Sequence record: NC_028950.1
DNA: 64,000 nucleotides
Reading direction: 5' to 3' (one strand)
Shown here: positions 10,409 through 19,180 of the stretch, in pieces
How the letters are laid out: each line of letters begins with the position of its first letter
How positions within the stretch are numbered: the stretch's first letter is position 1
Notes under the pieces: generated by a model
Databases searched by the model: none
Seen by the model: only the letters and a program-made list of their open reading frames with translations
What the model was told of the DNA's origin: nothing
Translations under genes and position numbers: made by a program

Positions 10409-10897
10409 ATGACCATGGTCTTGAAAGACATCACATTGGACGATCTACATCTCGACGAACTGTTGTTTCATCCGTACCCGTATGAACAACAGATGGTGAA
10501 GTACATCACCATGGATGGTCGTCAGATGACTCCCTCCAATGCCGAAGAAGTTCTGAAAGTGAAGATGTTCGGCACGATTAAAATTGAAGGCATGGAAAAG
10601 ATCTCGAAGAAGGTCTTTGATGCCCTGAAACAGTTTTCGCATGATGGTCCCGTGACCTGTCATGTGTTTATCGCTGCTGAGAATGCACCTAGCTTTCCGG
10701 ATCACACAGATCCGGATGGCGTACTGATCTATGTCGTCGATGGCGTGAAAAACATGTTCGTCGATGGTAAGTTCATTACGCTCAATGCCGGGCAGTCTGT
10801 TTTCATTCCGCCTGGTACACCTCACCGTGCCGTCAATTACTCTGCTTCCGTGATGATGAGCGTCGGCTTTGAAAAATTCATTGTGGAGAAGCTTTAA
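10409..10897 (+). CDS. Cupin/JmjC-like oxygenase
   Basis: SFPDHTDPDGVLIYVVDGVK ... LNAGQSVFIPPGTPHRA gives an HxD...H facial triad in a cupin fold. Confidence 0.8.
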   Translation: MTMVLKDITLDDLHLDELLFHPYPYEQQMVKYITMDGRQMTPSNAEEVLKVKMFGTIKIEGMEKISKKVFDALKQFSHDGPVTCHVFIAAENAPSFPDHTDPDGVLIYVVDGVKNMFVDGKFITLNAGQSVFIPPGTPHRAVNYSASVMMSVGFEKFIVEKL

Positions 10898-10898
10898 A

Positions 10899-11963
10899 AT
10901 GCATCGCACGGTATATATCAAAACAACGGAGTCGTGCAACCTGAACTGCAAACACTGCTTTACGGGGGGCAACAAACCGAAGCGTGATTTCCTGGACGTC
11001 GAGCGGACCATCGATTGGGTTCGTCGACTCTTTGAACATCTGAACTTCGAAGACCATACACACTTCGAACTCCACGGTGGTGAACCGTTCCTCCTGCCGG
11101 TTAAGCAGTTGAAGGAACTCACTGCAGGTATCCGTACGTGGGGTCCGGTCAAGCACTCGATTGGTGCGACCACGAATCTGGTTTACAAGTTGACGGATGA
11201 ACTGCTCTGGTTCATGCGCAACGATCTGGAAAGCATCGGTACGTCCTGGGATCCGGATATCCGCTTCGCTAATAGCAAGCAGGAAAATCTCTGGCTCGAC
11301 AACCTGAAAAAGGTCAACGAATTCGCAGACGTCACTCTGAACGTCAGCGTCTCTCGTAAGCTGGTTGAGATGAATCCCCAGCAACTGCTCATGTTCCTGC
11401 GGGATCTCGGCGTCTCCAAGGTGCAATTCGAACGTATCACGCAAAACGGAAATGCGAAGAAGAACCTCGCTCTCTTTCCGTCCAATGCAGAAATCAACGA
11501 CTGGTATCTGCGGCTGCACAACGCGTCCGAGAAGCTGAATGCTCGCGACTGGTTCTACAATGCAGCACTGGAAGACGTGTATGCAAAATTCGAAAATGGC
11601 AATGCTTGCTCTGGCACGTTCTGTCGGAATTGCGAAGAAACCATCTTTACGCTCAACGCGGACGGCAGCATTGGCGGTTGCGCCAATTCGGCGCCGGAAG
11701 AATCCTTTGGACACATCGATCAGGACATCGGAGAACTGTTCGACGCCACTGGACGAATCGATAACATTGTTAAGGAGCGCATGCGCAACGAGCAGTGTTA
11801 CGTTTGCCCTGTGGCCGCTCATTGCGGTGGTGATTGCCACCGACTGGCTTGGGAAGGCGATGTGTGTGCAGCACCCCGGCAGCTGATGAAGAAGCTTGCT
11901 GGCTTGCCGATCGACACTCCCGAAGTCCAACCGAAACGTATCATTCCCATCATGGCGGTTTAA
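10899..11963 (+). CDS. Radical SAM/SPASM protein 1
   Basis: CNLNCKHC, HGGEPF, C-terminal C..CRNC..C..CYVCPVAAHCGGDC; start taken at ATG 10899 rather than the ORF-track start 10869. Confidence 0.9.
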   Translation: MHRTVYIKTTESCNLNCKHCFTGGNKPKRDFLDVERTIDWVRRLFEHLNFEDHTHFELHGGEPFLLPVKQLKELTAGIRTWGPVKHSIGATTNLVYKLTDELLWFMRNDLESIGTSWDPDIRFANSKQENLWLDNLKKVNEFADVTLNVSVSRKLVEMNPQQLLMFLRDLGVSKVQFERITQNGNAKKNLALFPSNAEINDWYLRLHNASEKLNARDWFYNAALEDVYAKFENGNACSGTFCRNCEETIFTLNADGSIGGCANSAPEESFGHIDQDIGELFDATGRIDNIVKERMRNEQCYVCPVAAHCGGDCHRLAWEGDVCAAPRQLMKKLAGLPIDTPEVQPKRIIPIMAV

Positions 11964-11969
11964 GGAAAT

Positions 11970-12530
11970 ATGAGTACATATCGCACAGACGTCGACGCCG
12001 TTGCCCAGGCGTACGTACGTAACCAGGTGAACGGGAGCATCAACCCGTACCGCTCGGACTGGGCCCCGGGCTACACGAACACTGGTCTGCTCGGATGGAT
12101 CTCTCAAGATCCGAACCAGTCGCATCCGTCGTGGAATGGCGAACTCAGTACCGCCGGCAATACGATGGTGACCAACCAGGTTCGCAACGCGATGATCGAC
12201 CTGGGCAACTACTACGGTTGGATCGCCAAGGGCCATTACGGTCTGCAGTCGACCAACCAGAGCGGTGCTTCGTATCTGCAATACGAGGGCTACGGCTACT
12301 TCGTGTTCAACGGTGCAGCACCTGGCGCTCAGGATCATGCGAACCGTGTGGCTGCAGATCTGAACACCGCTGGTACGATGAACGGCACGATCCGTTATCA
12401 GTCGCTCATCGACTTCTACAACTTCGCGTGGAGCATCATCTGGAATCGTAAGGACGACCTGCAAGTCGAACTCACGGTTTGCCATTCGTCGTGCCACACC
12501 TCGTGCCACGGCTCCCGCGGTCGTCGTTAA
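11970..12530 (+). CDS. 186-aa protein with C-terminal (C-H-x-S)3 motif; candidate substrate of the radical SAM cluster
   Basis: Ends VCHSSCHTSCHGSRGRR; these are its only Cys residues; AAGGA RBS upstream; G/N/Y-rich body. Confidence 0.8.
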   Translation: MSTYRTDVDAVAQAYVRNQVNGSINPYRSDWAPGYTNTGLLGWISQDPNQSHPSWNGELSTAGNTMVTNQVRNAMIDLGNYYGWIAKGHYGLQSTNQSGASYLQYEGYGYFVFNGAAPGAQDHANRVAADLNTAGTMNGTIRYQSLIDFYNFAWSIIWNRKDDLQVELTVCHSSCHTSCHGSRGRR

Positions 12531-12539
12531 GGAGATATC

Positions 12540-13607
12540 ATGATCAATCTGTTCGATCGTGTCTATCTGCGACACGACAACGTTCTCGCTCGTGGTGAAG
12601 GTCAGCGTAAACTGATCATCAGCCCGAAGGTCAAAGAGATCGCCTACGTCACCGATAAGCTCCAGCAGCAGCAAGCTGGTATTCTCGGTACGTACGAAAC
12701 GCTCGACGACGCAATCCATTACGCTGGCGACATCAATGCGTTCTGGGGTCAGCTGCTCACCAAGGCGAAGATCATCATCATCGCTGACCGTGTGACGGTC
12801 GCTACGTTACTCGTGCAATACTGGAAGGCGATCTTCAAGGATCCGTCGTTCTCCGCTTTGTACCTGCTGTATGAGGTCACGGTGAACAACGAGAACATGC
12901 ATACGCACCGTCCGACGGAAAAGCGCACGCATCTGTTCTCGCCGAACTCGACCGATGGTGAAATCGAAAAGGTTTCCCAGGAAGAGTTCCAGGAAATCTT
13001 CGACAAGAACGAAGCAGCGATGATCGACTTCTCGTCGGATGCTCAGCTGCCCAGCATTCCGTTCGAATATCTGCTGATGTCGTATATCGCAGATCCGAAG
13101 GACGAGCTCGTCAAACGCGTGCTCTTCCAGAAGCTCGACAAGATCATGCGCAGCAACATCGTCGCCAAGCTGATCGGTGGGCGTGAAGAACTCATGTTCG
13201 AATCGCACAACTACTATCTGCTCAACGGCGATGGTCCTGAAGAACTGATCGTCGATCCGATCGCGTACATGAAGAAGTCCGGCCATCTGGATTGGGTCAT
13301 GGACGAATCGTTCGTCTACGGCAACGAAGACGAGATCCTGAAGAAGTATTCGCTGGATCAGATCAAGTTCTTCTTCGAACAGATCAAGCGCCTGGTTCTG
13401 GAAGACGAATCGATCTTCGTAGCAATCGACTGCGTGAAGAATAAGCAGTTCGCTCGTTTGATCGAATTCGACATCGCCGATCATCAGGGTAACTTCTTCG
13501 GCACGGGTGCATTCGTGAACAAGATCAACGGTCTGTTGGTTTCGTTCGCGTATCAACTCAAACGCATGGGGAACGTCAATCTCCTGAAGCAGTACGAACT
13601 GAAGTAA
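12540..13607 (+). CDS. Hypothetical protein within the radical SAM cluster
   Basis: 355-aa ORF, AAGGAG RBS, strong phage codon bias; no motif recognised. Confidence 0.8.
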   Translation: MINLFDRVYLRHDNVLARGEGQRKLIISPKVKEIAYVTDKLQQQQAGILGTYETLDDAIHYAGDINAFWGQLLTKAKIIIIADRVTVATLLVQYWKAIFKDPSFSALYLLYEVTVNNENMHTHRPTEKRTHLFSPNSTDGEIEKVSQEEFQEIFDKNEAAMIDFSSDAQLPSIPFEYLLMSYIADPKDELVKRVLFQKLDKIMRSNIVAKLIGGREELMFESHNYYLLNGDGPEELIVDPIAYMKKSGHLDWVMDESFVYGNEDEILKKYSLDQIKFFFEQIKRLVLEDESIFVAIDCVKNKQFARLIEFDIADHQGNFFGTGAFVNKINGLLVSFAYQLKRMGNVNLLKQYELK

Positions 13608-13613
13608 TTCGAA

Positions 13614-13654
13614 TGCTGCCTGGCTCCTTCGGGAGCTGGGTAGTATCTTTTTTT
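13614..13654 (+). terminator. Rho-independent terminator with cUUCGg loop
   Basis: CTGCCTGGCTCC-ttcg-GGAGCTGGGTAG followed by a T7 run. Confidence 0.75.
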
Positions 13655-13701
13655 CTATTGGTAGGTATTCTTTTTTGACCTATCCCACTGAGGAATACGA
13701 A

Positions 13702-14793
13702 ATGAGCGAAGAGAAGAAAGAATCGACGATTTACCTTCCGTCGACCGGAGAACTGGTGAAAGCAGAAGTCAAAGACATCCCGCCCTGGGAAGAAATTCCG
13801 GAAGTCCTCCACTCGGATTCGGCTTCGACGGATAACCTGAAAGTCGTCAACGACGAACTGGTGTGGCCGAAAGCAGTTGAAGGCACGGAAATCAGCGAAG
13901 GCGACAAAGTCGAAATGAAAGTCGAATTCGCCGGCGGCTGGGGTGCAGAACTCCCGCCCGAGCAACAGACCCCGACGGAACAGCCGGGCATTCCGACCGA
14001 CAAGCTGCGCGAAGTCACCGTGCCTTTCGCAGCAGACAAGATCCGCGAGTACTTCCAGGACAAGTCGCTCTTCTTCATCGCGAACTACAGCGAATCGAAG
14101 CTGAAGGGCGGTGCGTTCCTGACGTACCTGTCGAACATCAACATCCCGTCGGATGTGAAGTTCAATACGCCGATCAGCTACGACGAGTACGCCGAGATCA
14201 TGAAGGCGTACATGGAACAGCCGGGCGTGATCAATTGTGCGGGTCTGCATGTCATGGCAGCTGAAATGCTGCTCGTGGCTAAGGGCCTGCCGTACGAGCG
14301 TTCGCCTTACGCTCTGCCGATCTCCGAAGAGATCCTGAAGAAGTTCATCGAAGAACACAAGGATCTGGTCGAGAAGTGGCTGCATTTCATCGACTCGACG
14401 CAAGTGTTCGCTCTGCGTTCGATCAAGGCACTGAACGACTTCTACAATCCGGATACGCGTTTTCCGACTGTGGAAGATCGCAGCTATGTGGGCTGGAACA
14501 TCGCCCAGCTGTTTCGTATTCCGGAATTCATCGCCGTGTACTTCTCGATCCCGAACGTCGAGTACAAGCTGTCGTACTTCAAGGACCAGTACGAAGAGTA
14601 CATGTTCAAGAACGAGACGCTTGCCAAGTACTTCCAGTCGCAGAACAACTTCGCCGCGTTGTACTTCATGCACTACGCGTCGGGTCTCTTCAAGCCGGAA
14701 GACATCAACCACGGTCTGTTCCGTATCGGCGTGTTCGATCCGGAAAGCGAATTCTTCGAGAAGACGCCGTATGACTTCCGCCTTCAAGAGTGA
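13702..14793 (+). CDS. Hypothetical protein within the radical SAM cluster (acidic, Pro-rich N-terminal extension)
   Basis: GAGGA RBS before ATG 13702; ~364 aa with strong codon bias. Confidence 0.8.
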   Translation: MSEEKKESTIYLPSTGELVKAEVKDIPPWEEIPEVLHSDSASTDNLKVVNDELVWPKAVEGTEISEGDKVEMKVEFAGGWGAELPPEQQTPTEQPGIPTDKLREVTVPFAADKIREYFQDKSLFFIANYSESKLKGGAFLTYLSNINIPSDVKFNTPISYDEYAEIMKAYMEQPGVINCAGLHVMAAEMLLVAKGLPYERSPYALPISEEILKKFIEEHKDLVEKWLHFIDSTQVFALRSIKALNDFYNPDTRFPTVEDRSYVGWNIAQLFRIPEFIAVYFSIPNVEYKLSYFKDQYEEYMFKNETLAKYFQSQNNFAALYFMHYASGLFKPEDINHGLFRIGVFDPESEFFEKTPYDFRLQE

Positions 14794-15871
14794 TTCCAAC
14801 TCTTCGATGACGTTGAAGGACGCATCCCAATACCACTTGAGCCTGAGTCTTGAGTGGTTAAAGGGATGCCAGTTCAACTGTAAGGGATGCCACGTCAACA
14901 AAGACAACGGTATGCCTTTCGACGGTCAGCAGTTGGGTCAGTTGCTAAAGTGGATTGAACAGATGCGAGATCGCGGCAATTACTTGCCGACTATCGTGTT
15001 TCTCCAACCCACTGACTTCCTGACAGCCGACAATACCGCCGACATCCTGAAGAGTCCATACGCCTATGAAGTCCTCTCCGGATTCAAACGTCTGTCTTTG
15101 CAGTCGACGTTCTTGAACATGACGCGTGCGAGAGAGCTTGCCTCGATTCTGAAGGCGCGCTACTACCACATGGAGCTTGAGCTCAACTTCATCATTGAGC
15201 CGGAGAAGGTCAACAACGAAAAGTATCTCGAAACGATTCGTGCAAATCGCGATGAGTTCATCGAGTTGCTGGACTGGAAGAAGCATGTAGCGTCCTTCGC
15301 CATCATGAACGTCTATGAATACGATCGGGTGAAGAAGAACGACGTGAAGGCTATCCTGGCTGATTACCAGGCTCTCCACGACAAAGTCAAGGAGAAGTTC
15401 GATTCCACCATTGACTTCAATTTCTCCATGACACGTAACCCGTGGTGGAGTAATGAAGACGTAGCAGATGCTGTACGCAGCGTTAGCCGAATCTTCGACG
15501 GTGGAGTCGATAACGTTTTCAACCAGACCATCCGGTTCTCCTTCGGTAAGCTGGAAGACTCGTCAATCGAAAAGCATTACAACTGGCATCAGGGACATTT
15601 TTACGTGTCGCCGATGATCTATGAACGGATCGCTTCGTTCCATCCGAAGTTAAAGATTCCACACACGCTGTATTCTGTGCTGGAAACCGAAGACTTCGAG
15701 CGCCGGTTGCTGATCGATCAGTATCACAACTCCGAAACCAAGACCGAGTGCAATTCGTGTCGATATCAAGCCTCTTGCATTGAGCGCAATGTCCTGACGT
15801 TTATGGACATGCACGAGATCAAGGACTGCATCATCGCCCGCAAAGCTCTCGATGCCATTAACGTCATCTGA
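14771..15871 (+). CDS. Divergent radical SAM-like protein 2
   Basis: CQFNCKGC and C-terminal CNSCRYQASC; start at ATG 14771 or 14807; the ORF-track extension to 14486 is the shadow of the upstream gene. Confidence 0.75.
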   Translation: MTSAFKSDSNSSMTLKDASQYHLSLSLEWLKGCQFNCKGCHVNKDNGMPFDGQQLGQLLKWIEQMRDRGNYLPTIVFLQPTDFLTADNTADILKSPYAYEVLSGFKRLSLQSTFLNMTRARELASILKARYYHMELELNFIIEPEKVNNEKYLETIRANRDEFIELLDWKKHVASFAIMNVYEYDRVKKNDVKAILADYQALHDKVKEKFDSTIDFNFSMTRNPWWSNEDVADAVRSVSRIFDGGVDNVFNQTIRFSFGKLEDSSIEKHYNWHQGHFYVSPMIYERIASFHPKLKIPHTLYSVLETEDFERRLLIDQYHNSETKTECNSCRYQASCIERNVLTFMDMHEIKDCIIARKALDAINVI

Positions 15872-15875
15872 GACG

Positions 15876-15905
15876 CATATGGACTGCCCGCGGGCAGTCC
15901 ATATG
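15876..15905. terminator. Perfect palindrome inside the radical SAM cluster
   Basis: CATATGGACTGCCC-GC-GGGCAGTCCATATG between two co-oriented genes; terminator or RNA processing/stability hairpin. Confidence 0.55.
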
Positions 15906-15920
15906 TCCTGTGAGGAATGT

Positions 15921-16943
15921 ATGAATAACGAAATCCTGAATGAAATGCTGTCGTCCAAAGTGCAAGACAGCACCGAGATCGAACACCACCTGTTCGAGTA
16001 CTGCAACCTGAACTGCTCGTTCTGTGGTCAAGACCATGACTCGAAGGTCGGTATGGAATCGATCATCGATAAAGCACACAAGACGGTCGACTTCATCTTC
16101 CATTCGAAGAAGAAGAAACACACCATCAACGTGATGGGTGGGGAGATCTTCAATGACAAGATCGAACCACGCGCCTTCTCGGATTATTTCCAGTTCTACG
16201 AAATCATCCGTAAGACGTGTCAGGATCTGGGCGTGGAATTCCAGATCAACTGGGTCACGAACCTGATCTTCACGGAAAACCGTGAGAATGTTCTGTGGCT
16301 CATGAACAAGACCGGCGAGCATTCCAAGATCTCCACGTCGTATGACTTCGCTGGTCGCGGCCTGGACATCAATCGTTCTCTGGTGTTCAAGCACAACCTG
16401 AATCTGTTCAAGAAGGATATCGGCGTTGTTGGTTTCGTTCTCACGAAGCCGGCTATCCGTAAACTGATTAACAGTACGGACATGTTCTTTCAGACTGTCC
16501 TGTATCCGAACTTCCCGTTGTATTTCGATTGGTACGTCCCGGAGAAATCCTCGAACAAGATGATGCCTAGCGAGCAGGAAATGCTCGATGCGCTTCTCTT
16601 TGTCGCCGACAAGTATCCGAACATCGAACCGGTTAAGTCCATGCTGGAGAACGAGCACAACAAGATGACGTGCTTCAGCCTGAACAAGACCACCATCCTG
16701 CCTGACGGTAAGGAAGTCACTTGTCGCTACCTCGAATACGACAAAGAAAAATTTAACAACGTCATTGATTATTCGAGCAATGCCAACATCATCCAGGCTC
16801 ACCTTGATAGAAACGAATGCTATTCGTGTAATTTTTACAACCGCTGTCAGTTTCGGTGTTTCGTTCAAGCAGATTGGACTGAACTCGAACGACTCCCCAG
16901 CTGTTTCATCAAAACCTTTTTCGAGCGAACTGTCGGATCATGA
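15921..16943 (+). CDS. Radical SAM protein 3
   Basis: CNLNCSFC, MGGEIF, C-terminal CYSCNFYNRCQFRC; GAGGA RBS before ATG 15921. Confidence 0.88.
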   Translation: MNNEILNEMLSSKVQDSTEIEHHLFEYCNLNCSFCGQDHDSKVGMESIIDKAHKTVDFIFHSKKKKHTINVMGGEIFNDKIEPRAFSDYFQFYEIIRKTCQDLGVEFQINWVTNLIFTENRENVLWLMNKTGEHSKISTSYDFAGRGLDINRSLVFKHNLNLFKKDIGVVGFVLTKPAIRKLINSTDMFFQTVLYPNFPLYFDWYVPEKSSNKMMPSEQEMLDALLFVADKYPNIEPVKSMLENEHNKMTCFSLNKTTILPDGKEVTCRYLEYDKEKFNNVIDYSSNANIIQAHLDRNECYSCNFYNRCQFRCFVQADWTELERLPSCFIKTFFERTVGS

Positions 16944-17476
16944 AAATCTTTCTCATCGCAGCTGAAGCCGCAAACAAGGTCATCGGTAATAACGGCAAAA
17001 TGCCGTGGCACCTTCCTGAAGATCTTGAACATTTCAAGGACGTGACTGTCGGCTCGGCGGTCATCATGGGTCGCAAGACGTGGGAATCGATCGGCTCACG
17101 ACCGTTGCCTGCGCGTAAGAACATCATTGTCTCCCGGCAGATGGACGCTGGATGGGTTGCTCCGGAAGGCGCATTCCGTGTCCAGAGCCTCAAGTCGGCA
17201 ATCAAGAGCCTGATGGTCGCCGGTTACGAGCATTGCTTCGTGATCGGTGGCGAACAACTGTATCGTGCAGCTATGCCGTGGGCTTCGATGATCATGCTCA
17301 CGAAGCTCTACAAGTCGTACGAAGGCGACGCTCGCTTCCCGGATATCAGCCCATTGGAATGGCGTCTGACCGCTTCGACGCAATACTTCGAAGCATCACA
17401 GCCTTTCTCGGTTCAAACCTACTATCCCATCAACGAGCCTGACGTGGCTAAGTGGGTCGACCTTATCAAGGATTAA
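16940..17476 (+). CDS. folA: Dihydrofolate reductase
   Basis: VIGNNGKMPWHLPEDLEHFK, VIMGRKTWESIG, PLPARKNIIVSR, VIGGEQLY, EGDARFP. Confidence 0.95.
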   Translation: MKIFLIAAEAANKVIGNNGKMPWHLPEDLEHFKDVTVGSAVIMGRKTWESIGSRPLPARKNIIVSRQMDAGWVAPEGAFRVQSLKSAIKSLMVAGYEHCFVIGGEQLYRAAMPWASMIMLTKLYKSYEGDARFPDISPLEWRLTASTQYFEASQPFSVQTYYPINEPDVAKWVDLIKD

Positions 17477-17477
17477 C

Positions 17478-18089
17478 ATGGACATCACGCTGACTGCCCT
17501 GATTTACAACAATCTCGTTATCGGCGGCAAGAACGAACGCCCCGACTTTGTCGGCCAGCACGCCAGTTACATCGGTGATCTTCGTCATCGTGTTGTTGTG
17601 ATCGGCCGTAAGACGTACGAGGCCATGAACGAAGCAAAGCTTGGCAAACGTACGTTGGTCCTCAGTCGTAATCACGAGTATTACTCGGAAGGCGCGACCA
17701 CCGTCCTCGATCCGGCTGCGGCGATCATGATCGCAAGCGACATGGGCGAGAGCGAACTCGTTGTCTTCGGCGGCGCACAGACCTTTCATGCGTACATGCC
17801 GTGGGCATCGAAGATTTGTGTTACGCAGTTCAAGCGTGATCGCGAAGGCGAGATGAAGTTCCCGAAGTTCCCGTGTCATTGGCACGCACCTGTCTGGGAT
17901 TCTCAGACGCTAGATGAAGATGGTGTCGTGCTTCAGTCATTGACGTATCGTCGTTGGCCCGACGGCGTATATCCGGACGAAACTCCGGAGGAGAAGGCGA
18001 TGACGGCTGTCTTGAACGCGTCGCACAGGCGACTCGGCTGGCGTCCGCTTCTCACACAGGAATTGCGAGATCAGCAACGTTCCGAATAG
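17478..18089 (+). CDS. Divergent second DHFR-fold protein
   Basis: Retains VIG, VVVIGRKTYEAM, RTLVLSR, VFGGAQTF and EGEMKFP, but lacks the MPW loop and the conserved folate-binding acidic residue. Confidence 0.75.
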   Translation: MDITLTALIYNNLVIGGKNERPDFVGQHASYIGDLRHRVVVIGRKTYEAMNEAKLGKRTLVLSRNHEYYSEGATTVLDPAAAIMIASDMGESELVVFGGAQTFHAYMPWASKICVTQFKRDREGEMKFPKFPCHWHAPVWDSQTLDEDGVVLQSLTYRRWPDGVYPDETPEEKAMTAVLNASHRRLGWRPLLTQELRDQQRSE

Positions 18090-18103
18090 ATGAAGAGTAA
18101 GTA

Positions 18104-19180
18104 ATGAACCATCCCTCGTTGATCATCAAACCTACGGAAGCGTGTAACTTCAAGTGCACGTTCTGTTCGTCTACCGATATTCAAGGCGATTCTCCTAACC
18201 TGGATATCGAGTATATCAAGCTTTACCTGGAGCGTTTCCCTCAGACTCCAACCATCATCGTGAATGGTGGTGACCCTCTGATGATGAAGCCTGAGTACTA
18301 CTGGGCGATCTTGAAGATCATCGAGGACATGGGTCTGAAAACGACACTCTCGTTTACAAGCAATCTGTGGGCTTTCTACAAGAAGCCTAGCATGTGGGTG
18401 GATCTGTTTCGCCATCCGCTTGTAGGGGTCTCTACGAGCTTCCAATACGGTAATTCACGGCTTAAGGGCGACCTCACTCCGTTTACCGAGGAAGAGTTCT
18501 GGGAAATCTCCGACATGATGCTCGAAATGGTCGGATATCGTCCTTCCTTTATCGCAGTCATCACGAAAGAAAATGAAGATAGCGCGATCAAGACTGTCGA
18601 GCTTGCTAAACAGATGGGTGTTGTCTGCAAGCTTAACTATGCAATGGCGTCGGGACCTAAGACGCAATTCAAAGGCATCACCATCGGTAATGCAGACTCC
18701 ACCTACGTCCTTGCGGATATCTACGAAAAGTATATCGAGATCGCTGAAGCGGGTCTCGCGCCGTGGGAACATAACACGACGGTCATGATTAACAGGCTGA
18801 AGGGCCTGCAGAACCAGATGTGCCCTCAGGCTCGTCAGTGCGATGAAGGTATTCGCGCCTTGCAGCCTGGTGGCAAGTATTACAGCTGTGGTGCGTTCGG
18901 AGACGACGGATTATATCCTATCGACTTCGCCAATGAAATGGCGGGAGGTTTCGAAACACCTCTTCGTTATCAGCCTGAGCTTCAATCGCTCAAGGACAGC
19001 TGCTTCGAGTGCCCGATGTTTGAAATCTGCAACGGGTGTCGTAAGACCACGCACGATCTAAAACGTCTTGACCTAGTGGAAACACACTGCTCCAAGATGA
19101 AGACGCTTGCTCCGAAAATCATTGAACTGAATGGGTTGACTGGAAAGCTTATTCCGACGCCCTATGTCAAGGAGACATGA
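18104..19180 (+). CDS. Radical SAM/SPASM protein 4
   Basis: IIKPTEACNFKCTFC, NGGDPL, C..C..YYSCG..CFECPMFEICNGC..C. Confidence 0.9.
   Translation: MNHPSLIIKPTEACNFKCTFCSSTDIQGDSPNLDIEYIKLYLERFPQTPTIIVNGGDPLMMKPEYYWAILKIIEDMGLKTTLSFTSNLWAFYKKPSMWVDLFRHPLVGVSTSFQYGNSRLKGDLTPFTEEEFWEISDMMLEMVGYRPSFIAVITKENEDSAIKTVELAKQMGVVCKLNYAMASGPKTQFKGITIGNADSTYVLADIYEKYIEIAEAGLAPWEHNTTVMINRLKGLQNQMCPQARQCDEGIRALQPGGKYYSCGAFGDDGLYPIDFANEMAGGFETPLRYQPELQSLKDSCFECPMFEICNGCRKTTHDLKRLDLVETHCSKMKTLAPKIIELNGLTGKLIPTPYVKET

Noticed and set aside
14486-14770. N-terminal extensions of ORF-track calls (14486, 15852, 20579, 21177, 39309, 48369, 63490)
   Set aside because: They are out-of-frame shadows of upstream genes or run across hairpins. 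Downstream ATGs with an RBS or translational coupling give better starts.
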